Shown here: positions 51,335 to 62,635 of the stretch, piece after piece
Position numbering within the stretch: position 1 is the stretch's first letter
Layout of the letters: each line of letters starts with the position of its first letter
Source of the DNA: an uncultured Acidobacteriota bacterium
GTDB lineage: Bacteria; Acidobacteriota; UBA6911; RPQK01; JAPXNP01
Length of the DNA stretch: 64,000 nucleotides
Assembly: GCA_963777605.1 (NCBI GenBank)
Contig: CAVZRV010000029.1
Span: forward strand, 256,001-320,000
Reading direction: 5' to 3'
Notes under the pieces: model-generated
The model's input: the letters and a program-made list of their open reading frames with translations, nothing else
What the model was told of the DNA's origin: nothing
Databases searched by the model: none
Made by a program: the position numbers and the translations under genes

Positions 51335-52783
51335 CTACTGCTCGGCGATGTTGCCTTCCGCGATAATGATCTCCACACGCCGATTCTTCTGGCGCCCGGC
51401 CGCGGTTGAGTTGTCGGCAACCGGTCGTTCCTTGCCGTAACCGGCCGTGGCCATTCGATCGGGCGAAATGCCGACCTGGGCCAGGAGGTCGAAGACCGAT
51501 TTCGCCCTTTCCTCCGAGAGCTTCATATTGAGTGCTGCCGATCCCGTTGAATCCGTGTGGCCCTCGATACGAAGGTTAAGGTCGGGCATGAGCAGCAGGA
51601 TCCCTGCCAGTTTCGCGAGCACGAGTTTGGCGTCCGGCTTCAGGGTCGATTTGCCCACGTCGAACAGGATGTCCGGCAGATTGACGATGAATCCACGCGC
51701 CGACTCGCGGGTGTCGGCGACCTGGGAAAGGGCATTCTGGAGACGATTTTGAAGCGCGGCGCGCTCGTCTCGAAGGGCCATGGTCTGTTCCTGGAGGTGG
51801 TCCCGTTCCGAACGGATGTTCTCGAGTTGGGCATCGGCCTGTTCAAGCTGTTTCGACGCCTCCTGGAGGTTGGCCATCACCACCTGACGATCGGCGGAAA
51901 TCTGTTCCAGCATCTGCTCAGCGTTGGCGGCACGGCTCTCCAGTTCTTCGGTCTTCTGCTGCCTGGCGCGAATCTCGCTCTCCAGCCGATCCATTTCAAT
52001 CCGGCGCTTGGCAAGCTGGATCGCCTCGTTGGAATGAGCGACCGAATCACGCGCGAACTCCCGCGCCTCGTTCTTTTTCCCTCGTCCCTGCAGATACTCC
52101 GCCTGATCGAGGGCATTCCGGGCTCGGGTGTAGGGTTGCGGAGCGTAATCGGACCCATTCAACCCGTTGGCAATTGCCAGGACACGCTGGGCCTGGATCA
52201 CTTCGGGAGCGGCAATCGTATCCGCAGTGATCAGAGACAGGCTCTCCACCTTGTAAGCAGGCGGATCGGTAAAGCCCTCGAAGAAGTACTCCAGGTTCGG
52301 AACCGGGGGATCGGCCGCCGGGTGGTTCCAGAACATGACCAGTCCCGAAGGAGTGGATACTTCAGGGTAAGACTCCGCAGTGATCAGGAGCGCAAACTGC
52401 CCGAGCCCGGTTGAAAATTCATTCTCACCGTCATTCTTGTCAGGGCGTACCCAGAATTCCCCCAGACTTTGCGGTGCCCCCTGAGCGTCAACTGCCCAGA
52501 GCACGTAGCAGGAAACGTCGCCCCCGAAATAGACCGCCGGGCGAAGCTGTTCGTATTTCATCTTGATCCACAGTTGCTTCCCCTCAGGCCGGATCTCTCC
52601 TTCGACCCGTGCAGACCCGACTCGCCGCGTCGGCAGCATCTGGAACTTCACCTCCCCGGCTCCTGCCGATTTGAAGTCCAGGACGTTCAATGTGAGCGCC
52701 TCGGCTCCGAACCCGGCGCCCGTGAAGAACGGCAGGAGAAGTGCGAGGAGTTCAACAGCGAGCAGACTGGTGAATCTTGCCAT
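51335..52783 (-). CDS. OmpA-family peptidoglycan-binding protein with coiled coil
   Basis: [11 protein letters not shown]...IEGHTDS...LSEERA...[10 protein letters not shown]. Confidence 0.92.
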   Translation of the reverse strand: MARFTSLLAVELLALLLPFFTGAGFGAEALTLNVLDFKSAGAGEVKFQMLPTRRVGSARVEGEIRPEGKQLWIKMKYEQLRPAVYFGGDVSCYVLWAVDAQGAPQSLGEFWVRPDKNDGENEFSTGLGQFALLITAESYPEVSTPSGLVMFWNHPAADPPVPNLEYFFEGFTDPPAYKVESLSLITADTIAAPEVIQAQRVLAIANGLNGSDYAPQPYTRARNALDQAEYLQGRGKKNEAREFARDSVAHSNEAIQLAKRRIEMDRLESEIRARQQKTEELESRAANAEQMLEQISADRQVVMANLQEASKQLEQADAQLENIRSERDHLQEQTMALRDERAALQNRLQNALSQVADTRESARGFIVNLPDILFDVGKSTLKPDAKLVLAKLAGILLLMPDLNLRIEGHTDSTGSAALNMKLSEERAKSVFDLLAQVGISPDRMATAGYGKERPVADNSTAAGRQKNRRVEIIIAEGNIAEQ

Positions 52784-52955
52784 TTGCTTTCTCCGGATGA
52801 GCTGCAATCCAGAAAACCTCAATCGATTTTCCGGTCGTCGACGTCCCGGCACGGGGAAGCGCAGTCCCGAACAGCGAGGAATCACGCAAAACCGGGAGGC
52901 CCGATTATAGCAAATCGTTCCGTAACCCTGAGGTTGATTCGAACTTCACGGTCGC

Positions 52956-54428
52956 CTACCCGAACAACCCCCGCACTTCCGCGTAACGGGCGTCCCAGAC
53001 CTCTTTCTCATGGGGCTCGAAATGCTCCACCTCGAAGGAGTCCCTGACCAGCGCCCTTGCGTCGTCGAGGCTCCCCAGGAGGCCGGAACCGATCGCCTGG
53101 ATCAGGATGTTGCCCGTGGCCGTGGCTTCCGCTGGACCTGCAATCACTTCAATTCCGAGTGCGTCGGCCGTCAACTGGTTGAGGAGCCGGTTTCGGGATC
53201 CTCCTCCGACAATGTAGAGTCGGGAGACGGCCCTACCCCGCAGTTCGTTGATGCTCTCGACGATGTAGCGATACTTGAGCACCAGGCTCTCGAAGATGGC
53301 ACGGGTGAAATCGCCGTGACTTTGCGGAACCGCGTGCCCATGTTTGCGACAGGATTCAGCAATGGCTGTCGGCATGTCCGGTGGGTTCAGGAACACCGGG
53401 TCGTCGGGGTCGAAAGCGGACCGGAACCGAGCCGCCGTGCGGCCGAGCTCAACCAGATCGTCATAACTCAGATGAGATCCCTGGGCTTCCCAACTCCGTT
53501 TGCAGCGCTCGAGGAGCCAGAGCCCCATGTTGTTGCGCAGGAAGCGGATCGTTCCCCCGAAGCCTCCCTCGTTCGTGAAGTTGCGCTGCAACGAAGCGTC
53601 GCTGATGATCGGCTCGGACGATTCCACCCCCAGCAGCGACCAGGTTCCCGAACTCAGGTAGGCCCAGTCCCGGCCGCTTGCGGGAACGGCGGCCACGGCA
53701 CTGGCCGTGTCGTGGCAGGCCGGAGCGATCACCTTGGCCTGGACGCCGGTTTCGGAAGCGATCTCCGGCAGGAGGGGGCCAATCTCGGTCCCGGGTTCGA
53801 TCAACTGAGGCATCAATCGCAGTGGCAGATCCAGCCCCTCGAAGAGTTCCGCGGACCAGGTTCTGGTCCGAGCGTCGAGCAGTTGAGAAGTCGAGGCGAT
53901 GCTGTACTCCGAAACCATGACGCCCGTGAGCAGGTAGTGGAAGAGGTCGGGCATGAAAAGGATGCGGTCGGCGGCCCGCACGAGACCGGGCCGAACCTTC
54001 GTAGTGCTCATCAACTGGTAAAGCGTATTGAGCGCCATGAACTGGATGCCGGTGATCGAGTAGATTCTGGACCGGGACATTCTCTGGAATGCCGCTTCCA
54101 TCATCCCGTCGGTCCGAGAATCGCGATAGACGTATGGAAATCCGAGCAACTGGCCCGAGCCGTCGATCATTCCAAAATCGACTCCCCAGGTGTCCACTCC
54201 GATGCCTGCCAGTCGATCGTGCCCGAGTTGCGCCGCCTTGCCGAGTCCTTCCTTGAGGTTGGCGAAGAGGTCCAGCAGATCCCAGTGAAGATGGCCGAGT
54301 AGACTGACCTGTCGATTTGGGAAGCGGTGGACCTCCTCGAGTGTCAGTCGCCGGTCCTGGAGACGTCCAAGAATCAAGCGGCCGCTTTCGGCTCCGAAGT
54401 CGCATGCGATGAACTTGGGTTCAACCAT
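52956..54428 (-). CDS. rhamnulokinase/fuculokinase (FGGY family)
   Basis: DFGAESGR, GVDTWGVDF, HDTASAV, SSGTWSL, GGGSRN, EATATGN. Confidence 0.92.
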   Translation of the reverse strand: MVEPKFIACDFGAESGRLILGRLQDRRLTLEEVHRFPNRQVSLLGHLHWDLLDLFANLKEGLGKAAQLGHDRLAGIGVDTWGVDFGMIDGSGQLLGFPYVYRDSRTDGMMEAAFQRMSRSRIYSITGIQFMALNTLYQLMSTTKVRPGLVRAADRILFMPDLFHYLLTGVMVSEYSIASTSQLLDARTRTWSAELFEGLDLPLRLMPQLIEPGTEIGPLLPEIASETGVQAKVIAPACHDTASAVAAVPASGRDWAYLSSGTWSLLGVESSEPIISDASLQRNFTNEGGFGGTIRFLRNNMGLWLLERCKRSWEAQGSHLSYDDLVELGRTAARFRSAFDPDDPVFLNPPDMPTAIAESCRKHGHAVPQSHGDFTRAIFESLVLKYRYIVESINELRGRAVSRLYIVGGGSRNRLLNQLTADALGIEVIAGPAEATATGNILIQAIGSGLLGSLDDARALVRDSFEVEHFEPHEKEVWDARYAEVRGLFG

Positions 54429-54441
54429 TCCTCAATTTTCC

Positions 54442-56256
54442 TTACGCATAGAGTGGGCCGAAATTGGCGCAGGCCCGGTAGTCCGCTCCCTGGGGATCCA
54501 TGGAGCCAAAGGCACTCCAAGCGCTGGGCCGGAAGATCCGACTTTCTTCGACGTTGTGCATCGAGACCGGGATACGCAGCATGCTGGCCAGGGTCAGGAA
54601 ACGGTCTCCGACATGGCCATAGCAGAGCGCGGCATGGTTCGCCCCCCAGTTAGCCATCACGGAATAGACGTCGTTGAATGGAGCGGATCCGGTCAGGCGC
54701 GGTACGAACCAGGTGGTCGGCCAGGTCGGGCTCGTCCTTTCATTGAGAGTCTGGTGGACCGCGTCGGGAAGGTCGATCGTTGTGCCCTCGGCAATCTGAA
54801 GAACCGGCCCCAGGCCTTTCACAAGGTTGAGCCGCGATATGGTGACCGGCATTCCGCCGCGAGTCAGGAACTGGGAGGAAAAGCCACCGCCCCTGAAGTA
54901 GCCGAGGTCGGCGGGGCACCACCGGGTCGCCTCGAGACAGGCTGCGGCCTCTTCCGGGCTGATCTCCCAGAACGGTTTCATAACGGGAGTGCCCTTCTGG
55001 GTCTGCCGTCCGGTTCCATCGAGAGTACAGGAACCGGAATTGATCAGGTGGATGACCCCTTGCGCGGCCGCCGGCGTGAGTTCGGCCCCCGTGACCCTGC
55101 GGATCGCGTCGGGGCTCCAGAAGGTCCGGACATCGGCAAAGACCTGCGCCGTATCGGAGAGCAGGTGCCCGAACGCCATCACGACGCCGTTGAGGCAGTC
55201 GTTCTCTGTGGCCATCAGGAAGGGTTCCCGAATCCCGTTCCAGTCGAAGGAAGAGTTCAGGATCGCCTCCATGAAGTCGCCGTTGGGGAAATGGTCGGTC
55301 CACTGTCGTTGTCCCTGGAACCCCGCGATCAAGGCATTGTGGCCGAAGGCCTCCTCCCCGAAACCCAGTTCGGCCAGGCGCGGGTTGCCGATCATCAGGT
55401 CACGGGCGATGATGGCCATCTGCACAACCGTTTCCCACTCCCAATCCTTGCGTTCCCGCGAGGACTGCTGGGAGGGCTCGTTGACGTCAGCTCCTTCCGG
55501 GCAGTTGCGGCGAACCCACTGGAAGGCGTACTCGAATTCCTGGGGATCGTAGATCTTCTCTTCGATCCTCCGGGTCAACTCGCTCATGTCAACCGATTCG
55601 GTGCGCATTCCCAGATAATCCTGGAGAAAATCCTGGTCCACGATTGAGCCGGCAATCCCCATGGAGACTCCACCGATTGCCAGGTAGGACTTGCCCCGCA
55701 ATTCGGCAGTGGCGAGGGCTGCCTTGACAAATCCGAGGATCTTTCCCTTGACGTCATCCGGGATCGACGTGTCGTCCCGGTCCTGTACGTCCCGGCCGTA
55801 GATGCCGAACGCGGGAAGCCCCTTCTGGCTGTATCCTGCCAGTGCGGCTGCCAGGTAGACGGCGCCGGGTCGCTCAGTTCCGTTGAAACCCCAGATCGCT
55901 TTGGGGACGTGGGGACTGGAATCCATCACCTCGGTGCCGTAGCACCAGCACGGGGTGACCGTCAGGGACACGGTCGCGCCGTCTCGTTCGAACTTCTCGG
56001 AGGCCCGGGCGGCTTCCACTACGCCGCCGATACAGGTGTCCGCGATGACACACTCGACAGGCAGTCCATTGCTGTGCCTCAGGCTGCTACTGATCAGTCC
56101 GGCGGCAGCCCGGGCCATCTGCATCGTCTGGATTTCCAGGGACTCTCGGACCCCCTTTCTCCGCCCGTCGATCACCGGCCGGATGCCGACTTTGGGCAGC
56201 GTCCCGACGAGGCGCTTTATGGGTGCATTTTGCTGCAGGTTGTCAACCTCTTTCAT
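54442..56256 (-). CDS. fucI: L-fucose isomerase
   Basis: [49 protein letters not shown]. Confidence 0.96.
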   Translation of the reverse strand: MKEVDNLQQNAPIKRLVGTLPKVGIRPVIDGRRKGVRESLEIQTMQMARAAAGLISSSLRHSNGLPVECVIADTCIGGVVEAARASEKFERDGATVSLTVTPCWCYGTEVMDSSPHVPKAIWGFNGTERPGAVYLAAALAGYSQKGLPAFGIYGRDVQDRDDTSIPDDVKGKILGFVKAALATAELRGKSYLAIGGVSMGIAGSIVDQDFLQDYLGMRTESVDMSELTRRIEEKIYDPQEFEYAFQWVRRNCPEGADVNEPSQQSSRERKDWEWETVVQMAIIARDLMIGNPRLAELGFGEEAFGHNALIAGFQGQRQWTDHFPNGDFMEAILNSSFDWNGIREPFLMATENDCLNGVVMAFGHLLSDTAQVFADVRTFWSPDAIRRVTGAELTPAAAQGVIHLINSGSCTLDGTGRQTQKGTPVMKPFWEISPEEAAACLEATRWCPADLGYFRGGGFSSQFLTRGGMPVTISRLNLVKGLGPVLQIAEGTTIDLPDAVHQTLNERTSPTWPTTWFVPRLTGSAPFNDVYSVMANWGANHAALCYGHVGDRFLTLASMLRIPVSMHNVEESRIFRPSAWSAFGSMDPQGADYRACANFGPLYA

Positions 56257-56370
56257 GGCTATCCCTTCCTTTAAGGCCAATAAACAGTGGCGTCCACTGA
56301 AGTCAGATTCACGGTCCTCATTTTGCCTTGACCTCCTCGGGAGGTACAGGGTGAAGGACAAAAAAGGAAG

Positions 56371-56623
56371 GTAATCCAGGCAGCCCTGCCTGAGATGTCC
56401 GCCAGGCAGCTTGCCTGGCGCAAGTCAACATTTCCAATCCAGGGAGGATGATTCTCCTTCCGAGTTTGGGCAACATACCCCAGGACTTTTGATTTCTGGT
56501 TGTTCCTGAAAGAGTCCGCCAATAAGGCCGAGATTGAATCGCACTTTCAGTGCTGCAATGCCGCCTCGGCCCCAATTCCCGGGGCGTTGCCGCCGGGCTG
56601 AGAATGACCCTGCGCCGTTGGCG
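56371..56623. repeat. composite REP-like palindrome cluster 2
   Basis: Module A 56371-56420 and module B 56535-56623. Confidence 0.8.
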
Positions 56624-56771
56624 GGTTGCTACGAACTTGGATGGTTGATGGTCACGGTATCGGCGCCGGATCGGTCCCTGAAGGGGACCTGGTTTTCAGC
56701 CCAGGGCTCGGACGCGGCCTTTCGGTTGACGGTTCCCGGGAATCGTGTAACCGTTCTCTGGAGGTTTCACG

Positions 56772-57623
56772 TTGAGTTCTGACTGGCTCCTGGCATTCGG
56801 CTGTTTCGGTGCGGCACTGGGTATCTCGTTCTTCACGTCGATGACGGGAGTTTCGGGGGCCTTTGCACTGGTCCCTTTCCAGATCAGCGTGCTCGGAATC
56901 GCCGGGCCGGCAGTCAGTTCTACCAACCATCTTTACAACTTGATCGCGACGCCCGGTGGAATCACGCGCTATCTGCGCGAGGGGAAGTTGGCCTGGAGAC
57001 TGTTGCGGATCCTGGCTTCCGGTTCGGTTCCGGGAGCTGTCGTCGGGGCATGGGTTCGCATCCGGTACCTTCCCGAGGCCGGCGAGTTCCGCCTCTTTGC
57101 AGGATTGGTTCTCCTTCTGATGGGCGTACGCCTGTTGACCGGTGCAGCCTGGTCCGAACGTTCCCGCCGTTCAGATGCCGGCACAAGAGTCGGGGCTGGA
57201 GAGTCACAATGGGTCGCACCGGGTGCCGGCCGGCGATCGGCGACAAGGGCATCCCTCCTGATCCCAGCCGCGTTCGTGATCGGGATCGCGGGGGGCGCCT
57301 ACGGGATCGGGGGAGCCGTGATGATCGCCCCAATCCTGGTCGGCGTCATGGGGTGGACCTTCGAACAGATCGCGGGAGCTCTGCTGGGAGCCACCTTTCT
57401 GACTTCTCTCGCCAGTGTTTTCGCCTACCAGTTTCTGGCCCACTCAAACCCTCTTGCCGGTGCGGCGCCTGACTGGTCTCTCGGGCTGACCTTCGGGTTC
57501 GGCGGACTGGTGGGAACCTACCTCGGCAGCCGATTCCGAAAACGTTTCTCACCGCTTGTCCTGCGGCTCATTCTTGCCGGCAGTGTTCTGCTGGTCGCAC
57601 TGCGGTACCTCTGGGTGGGATAG
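56772..57623 (+). CDS. TauE/SafE family membrane transporter
   Basis: GVSGAFALVP, GAYGIGGA, multiple TM helices in two repeats. Confidence 0.88.
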   Translation: MSSDWLLAFGCFGAALGISFFTSMTGVSGAFALVPFQISVLGIAGPAVSSTNHLYNLIATPGGITRYLREGKLAWRLLRILASGSVPGAVVGAWVRIRYLPEAGEFRLFAGLVLLLMGVRLLTGAAWSERSRRSDAGTRVGAGESQWVAPGAGRRSATRASLLIPAAFVIGIAGGAYGIGGAVMIAPILVGVMGWTFEQIAGALLGATFLTSLASVFAYQFLAHSNPLAGAAPDWSLGLTFGFGGLVGTYLGSRFRKRFSPLVLRLILAGSVLLVALRYLWVG

Positions 57624-57638
57624 CCGGCCTCGCCCGCG

Positions 57639-58889
57639 CTACTCCGGCTTTCTGTTACGGAATAGCTCCCGACGGTCGTAGAGACATTGAGCCAGAATGC
57701 GGTGCCCCTTCGCGTTCAGATGCCAGTCGGTCCGATAGTAGAGGATTTCCCCGGTTTCCCGGTGGTGTTCGGTTAGAAGTGGCGCCAAATCGATCGTCTC
57801 GATGTTCAGCTGGCGGCCTATACGTACGGTCTCGGCGCCGAGATGTCGTTCGAGTTGGAGGTCGGCCTCGCCAAGCCCCAGGATTTCGGCCGTCTCTCGG
57901 GTCCGGGATGAGTCCGTCTCGGGCTCGACCTGAAGCTTGGTCGGCAGCACCATGAGGATAAGTTGAATACCCGCTTGGTCCGTTTCCGACTTGAACCGGC
58001 GGAGCAACTCCTCGAGCGATGAAAGACAGAGCTCGACATCAGCGGGATGGTGCTTGAACCAGTAGGCCTGACCAAGACTTTGCCCGGTGCACCCGATGCA
58101 GGCCCGATAGGCCGTACCCATCGGGCCGGTCGCCTGGACTCCAGGGTTCCCCACCAGACTCGTCAGTCGTGCAAACAGAACCGAGTTCTGGAGCAGTAAG
58201 AAGCGCAGCCTGGTCCAGGCCGAGGGTTCCCGGAAGGACTTCATCCGGTGTTGGAAGTCCTCGGCAGGAATGATCTCTCGAAAGGAGTTCCCCTCGGGCA
58301 TCAGGCGGGGACGCCCCGGGGCGACCAGTTCCGCCAGGTCATTGCCCAGGAAAACCGTGAAGAGGATCGTGTCGGGCAGGAGAACCGCGCCACGAGCCCG
58401 GTACCAGAGATAGGACTGGTAGGGAGAGTAGGATCCGGTGGCGGCATTGAGTATCTCGTAGCGTTCGGGACCCGTGTTCAGGTCGGTCTCGAGCAACGAG
58501 CAGGCGTTCTCACTGTTGTCCACCGAACCGTCAATCTGGGAGTCTCCCAGAACCAGCACCCGCCTTCCCGATGTCCTTCCGGCCTGCGCAGGGGCGCTCC
58601 TGCGCAGGCCCAGGTTGTTGGTTTGAAAGTGGATGAAGCCCGATGGCCGTTCCTCAAACCGGAATCGCAGGTCGAGATTGGGCCTCCGGACAACGCCCAG
58701 CAGAGGATCCAACTCGAAGTAGACTGACTGAAAATCGTCGCCTCGAACCAGGGAGACGTCGGTCGGTTCACGGGTTGTGATTCTGAGGGCGATTTCGCAA
58801 AATCCGAGCGCCAGGAAAACCGCGACAGACAGCAGAATCAGTCTGGGCAAGAGTGAACTGCGGGCGAGCGGTGAAGTGGCGTTCTGCAT
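57639..58889 (-). CDS. SGNH hydrolase-like (AlgX/AlgJ-type) membrane-anchored protein
   Basis: VLVLGDS, FLGND, YYRTDWHLNAKGH. Confidence 0.85.
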   Translation of the reverse strand: MQNATSPLARSSLLPRLILLSVAVFLALGFCEIALRITTREPTDVSLVRGDDFQSVYFELDPLLGVVRRPNLDLRFRFEERPSGFIHFQTNNLGLRRSAPAQAGRTSGRRVLVLGDSQIDGSVDNSENACSLLETDLNTGPERYEILNAATGSYSPYQSYLWYRARGAVLLPDTILFTVFLGNDLAELVAPGRPRLMPEGNSFREIIPAEDFQHRMKSFREPSAWTRLRFLLLQNSVLFARLTSLVGNPGVQATGPMGTAYRACIGCTGQSLGQAYWFKHHPADVELCLSSLEELLRRFKSETDQAGIQLILMVLPTKLQVEPETDSSRTRETAEILGLGEADLQLERHLGAETVRIGRQLNIETIDLAPLLTEHHRETGEILYYRTDWHLNAKGHRILAQCLYDRRELFRNRKPE

Positions 58890-59012
58890 GGGTGATCGGT
58901 GAAGCGCACCGTCTCATCGAGCCATCTCGCCGTGGTTGCGCTCCTTGTGAATCATATCGTACGGAGGGCTTCAATTCCGCCTTGGCGTCGATCGAATAGG
59001 GCGAGGCCGGGT

Positions 59013-60758
59013 TCAGGGAGTGGAAAGCTTGAGTTGAAGCCAGTCAACTAAAGCGGGTTTGTAACTCTCCCACTCGTGACGGCCTTCCCAGTTCTCCATC
59101 CCGTGCGGAGCCCCGTCGAGCCGGATCAGCCGGTAGTCGACACCTGTTGCGTCGAGCCGTTCCTGGAGCCGAACGGCCTGGTCCCAAAGGAACTCACCCG
59201 TCCCGTGAATGAGAAGGAGGGGTGGCATTTCCGCCCTGACCTGGTAGTACGGCGAGTATTCGCGCAGGACCAGGCGAGCTTCGTCATCCAGCTTAGTGCG
59301 ATGAAAAAGCCGCACAAGCAGAGAGCGGGGACCGGCGTCCTTAACCATCGCCTCAAAGTCATAGACTCCGTACAGAGACGCCACCGCCGACACCCGGCAG
59401 GATTCATGATCGACCGGGTCTTTCGACGACAGGTCGCCGGGGCAGGGAAGTGCGCCAACCTGTACGACCAGTTGCCCGCCCGCGGACTCTCCCAGGAGGG
59501 CAATCCTGGATGGATCGACACGGTAGTCGGCGGCGTGATGGCGAACGTACCGGATCGCCCGCCGGACATCTTCCAATTGGTCGCGGTTCTCAAATTTCGG
59601 AGTCAGCCGGTAGTCGATGGAAAACCAGGCCAGGTTTGCCTTGGCCAGTACCGTCAGAACCGGAACGATGTAGGTGGTCTTCGAACCTGCTTCCCAGCCC
59701 CCACCGTGGACGACGATCACCGCGGGAAAAGGCCCGGGGCCGTCCGGGACGAATGCGTCCATTTTCAGTTCGGCAGGCACTGGTTCCCGAAATGTTCGGT
59801 AGGTGATGTCCTTTCTCAGCGGTTGACTCTCGACATCTCGGGGAGTTGTGGGAGACACCGGCCCGCAGCTCCTCTCGAGCCATTCAACCAGGTCCTGCTG
59901 GTAGCCCCACTGGGCCGGTGTCCAGTTTTCACTGCGGTGGATTCCCGCTTCGATTGGGATCAACCGGCAGGAGCCTCCCGTCCGGGAGAGCTTCGTGCAA
60001 AATGACCGGGCCGTCTCCAGAGAAGCCTCTGCGTCCCGCGTCCCGTGGATAACCAGCGTCGTCGGCAATTGTTTTACGGGCAGATTGGGAAGGGAGTTTC
60101 GCTCGAGAACCGATGTCCCGGAGGCGCCCCAAAGGGCGGTCTGAAGCGATTCGTTGTCCCGAATCGAGGGGAATTCGGAGAGCTCGAAAATCCCTCCAAC
60201 CAGAACCAGGCCACAGATGGAATCCGGACTCCGACGGGCGACCCGGGCCGCGAGATAGGCTCCGGTATCCTCACCGAAGAGGACGAGTCGGCTCGAATCG
60301 GTCTTGAAACGGTCGGAATGGCAGCGGATGTAGTCAATCGCACCAAGGACGTCCGCAACCTGGTCGGCGAGCGAGGCTGCCGGAGCCAGGCCGTAGTCGA
60401 GGGCGAACCAGTTGAATCCTCCTCGAGTCAGCAATTCCTGGAAATGGGAGATGAACGCTCTTCGGCTTCCCGTGGTCCAGCCTCCACCGTGGATCAGAAT
60501 GACTCCCGGTCGGCTCTGGTCACCGGGCTGGATGTAGGCGTCAAGGAGGCGCGATTGCCCGTTGACAACCCGGTAGGGAATGTCACCCAGGCTGCCCGGA
60601 ACGACGTAGTTTCCGTTGGGATCCCCCACCTCGACATCGAGGCACTTGCCGGCCGCCCGGAGAAACGAATCAGCCCAATGATCCACCGTCACCGACAAGA
60701 ACAGCGCGCACAAGATCCAGATGTTTCTGCGACATCGCAGTGTTTGCATAATCACCAA
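59013..60758 (-). CDS. tandem alpha/beta hydrolase (esterase)
   Basis: Two HGGGW motifs; GEDTG in domain 1 and GESAGG in domain 2. Confidence 0.88.
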   Translation of the reverse strand: MVIMQTLRCRRNIWILCALFLSVTVDHWADSFLRAAGKCLDVEVGDPNGNYVVPGSLGDIPYRVVNGQSRLLDAYIQPGDQSRPGVILIHGGGWTTGSRRAFISHFQELLTRGGFNWFALDYGLAPAASLADQVADVLGAIDYIRCHSDRFKTDSSRLVLFGEDTGAYLAARVARRSPDSICGLVLVGGIFELSEFPSIRDNESLQTALWGASGTSVLERNSLPNLPVKQLPTTLVIHGTRDAEASLETARSFCTKLSRTGGSCRLIPIEAGIHRSENWTPAQWGYQQDLVEWLERSCGPVSPTTPRDVESQPLRKDITYRTFREPVPAELKMDAFVPDGPGPFPAVIVVHGGGWEAGSKTTYIVPVLTVLAKANLAWFSIDYRLTPKFENRDQLEDVRRAIRYVRHHAADYRVDPSRIALLGESAGGQLVVQVGALPCPGDLSSKDPVDHESCRVSAVASLYGVYDFEAMVKDAGPRSLLVRLFHRTKLDDEARLVLREYSPYYQVRAEMPPLLLIHGTGEFLWDQAVRLQERLDATGVDYRLIRLDGAPHGMENWEGRHEWESYKPALVDWLQLKLSTP

Positions 60759-60800
60759 CCCGACTGAGGGATTCCAGCGTCGCCGGCGTACCTGCTTTTA

Positions 60801-62255
60801 GTGAAGAATTTGCCGACAAGGATACCATCCATGGAACCGTTGGCAGATAATGGTACTGCATTCGACAGTAACGTTGGTTTTGCGCTTGGAATTCGCCGGT
60901 CCCGGCGGAGAGGAGCAGGGCGGTGTCGGATCTTGTCGAATCTCCTGCCTCGAAAGGTACCCTATGTTCGACTCCTCAGTCGATTGACGACATTCGTACT
61001 GGCCGGCGGGAAAGGCGAGCGCCTGCATCCGCTGACGCGGGACCGGGCCAAACCGGCGGTTGTCTTCGGCGGGCATTATCGGATCGTCGACTTTACGCTG
61101 TCCAACTGCATCAACTCAGGAATTCGCACTGTCTACGTACTGACCCAGTACAAGTCGATTTCGCTGGCGCGTCACATCCGGCTTGGCTGGAACATTCTTT
61201 CCTCCGAGATGGAGGAGTTCATCGAAGTGATCCCGGCCCAGCAGCGCTACGGTGAAAACTGGTACCGGGGAACCGCCGACGCAGTCTACCAGAACATCTA
61301 CACGATCGAGCGGGACAACCGGGAGTTTGTTCTGATCCTGGCTGGTGACCACGTCTACAAGATGGACTACTCGAAGATGTTGAAGTTCCACCTGGACCGG
61401 GGCGCCGAAATGACGGTTGGGGCAGTAGAAATGCCTGCGGAGATGGCCGGTCAGTTCGGCGTGGTCCAGGTGGACGACGAGTCACGCATTGTGGATTTTC
61501 AGGAGAAACCCTCCGTCCCTGCCACGGTACCGGGGAAGTCGGATCGAATCTATGCCTCGATGGGTATCTATATCTTCAATCGGGAGACTCTGCTGGAGGA
61601 GTTGATACCGGCAGTCGCCGAAGAAGACCTGACCGATTTCGGGATGCACCTCGTGCCCCGAATGCTTGGTCGAAGACGGGCGTTCGCCTACCAGTTTGAG
61701 GACGAGAACCGGCCGGGCGATCGCAAACCGTACTGGAGGGACATCGGGACCCTGGATGCCTACTATTCGGCCAACCTTGACCTGATTTCGGTGCATCCGC
61801 AGTTCAACCTCTACGATTCCCACTGGCCGGTTCGCTCCTACGAGCGGAGCCTCCCTCCTGCCAAGACGGTGTTTGCCGACGAAGGGGCGGGGGCGAGACG
61901 GGGAGAGGTGCTCGATTCGCTCGTATGCGGCGGTTGCATCATCAGCGGAGGGCACGTCGATCGTTCAATTCTTTCGCCCAACGTTCGCATCAACAGCTTC
62001 GCTCACATTTCGGAATCGGTTCTGATGGACAACGTCGAGGTCGGAAGACGCTGCAGGATTCGCCGGGCAATTATCGACAAATTCTGCCGCATATTACCCG
62101 ACACAGTAATCGGTTGGGACCCTGAAAAGGACCGGAAGCGTTTCACCGTGACCGATGACGGAGTCGTCGTAATCCCTTCCGCGATGGTTGTGGGGCCGAA
62201 CGAAGATGAGGCCATTTGGACGGATCCGGTGGTGCGCTTCTCGGGCCACGGTTGA
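60801..62255 (+). CDS. glgC: glucose-1-phosphate adenylyltransferase (true start probably near 60964)
   Basis: LAGGKGERL, RAKPAV, WYRGTADAV, AGDHVYKMDY, FQEKP, YWRDIGT. Confidence 0.95.
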   Translation: MKNLPTRIPSMEPLADNGTAFDSNVGFALGIRRSRRRGAGRCRILSNLLPRKVPYVRLLSRLTTFVLAGGKGERLHPLTRDRAKPAVVFGGHYRIVDFTLSNCINSGIRTVYVLTQYKSISLARHIRLGWNILSSEMEEFIEVIPAQQRYGENWYRGTADAVYQNIYTIERDNREFVLILAGDHVYKMDYSKMLKFHLDRGAEMTVGAVEMPAEMAGQFGVVQVDDESRIVDFQEKPSVPATVPGKSDRIYASMGIYIFNRETLLEELIPAVAEEDLTDFGMHLVPRMLGRRRAFAYQFEDENRPGDRKPYWRDIGTLDAYYSANLDLISVHPQFNLYDSHWPVRSYERSLPPAKTVFADEGAGARRGEVLDSLVCGGCIISGGHVDRSILSPNVRINSFAHISESVLMDNVEVGRRCRIRRAIIDKFCRILPDTVIGWDPEKDRKRFTVTDDGVVVIPSAMVVGPNEDEAIWTDPVVRFSGHG

Positions 62256-62511
62256 GCTCCGGAAGGGCCTGGCCCGCGTCTCGAGTTGGCATCGTCCCTT
62301 TTCGTTCAATTTCTCGAATGGAAATTCAATATTCTGAATTGAAAAATGCCCTCCAACGAATTCCTTCTTTTTCGATCGAAAAAATATAAGTCCTTATATT
62401 TCTTGAGCTACCGGCGTTGATCTTGAAGGATTGTAGGGCCGTGGCATTGAATTTGCAAAGATAGGAAGGGAGCAGTTGGCTAAGGTCAACCGGAAGGGTT
62501 TTGTTAAATGA

Positions 62512-62537
62512 AAGGGGCGAACCTGAGTCCGCCCCTT
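62512..62537 (-). terminator. intrinsic terminator between convergent genes
   Basis: AAGGGGCG...CGCCCCTT hairpin with T-rich tail on the minus strand. Confidence 0.55.
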
Positions 62538-62635
62538 CGTTGGAGGGACGCAACCGAACCTTAGTGTGGGTGGTGCGCCAACTTGATATTTTACTACTTC
62601 CGCTGGCCTGTCGCCAACTGCTTTATTCCTGCAGT

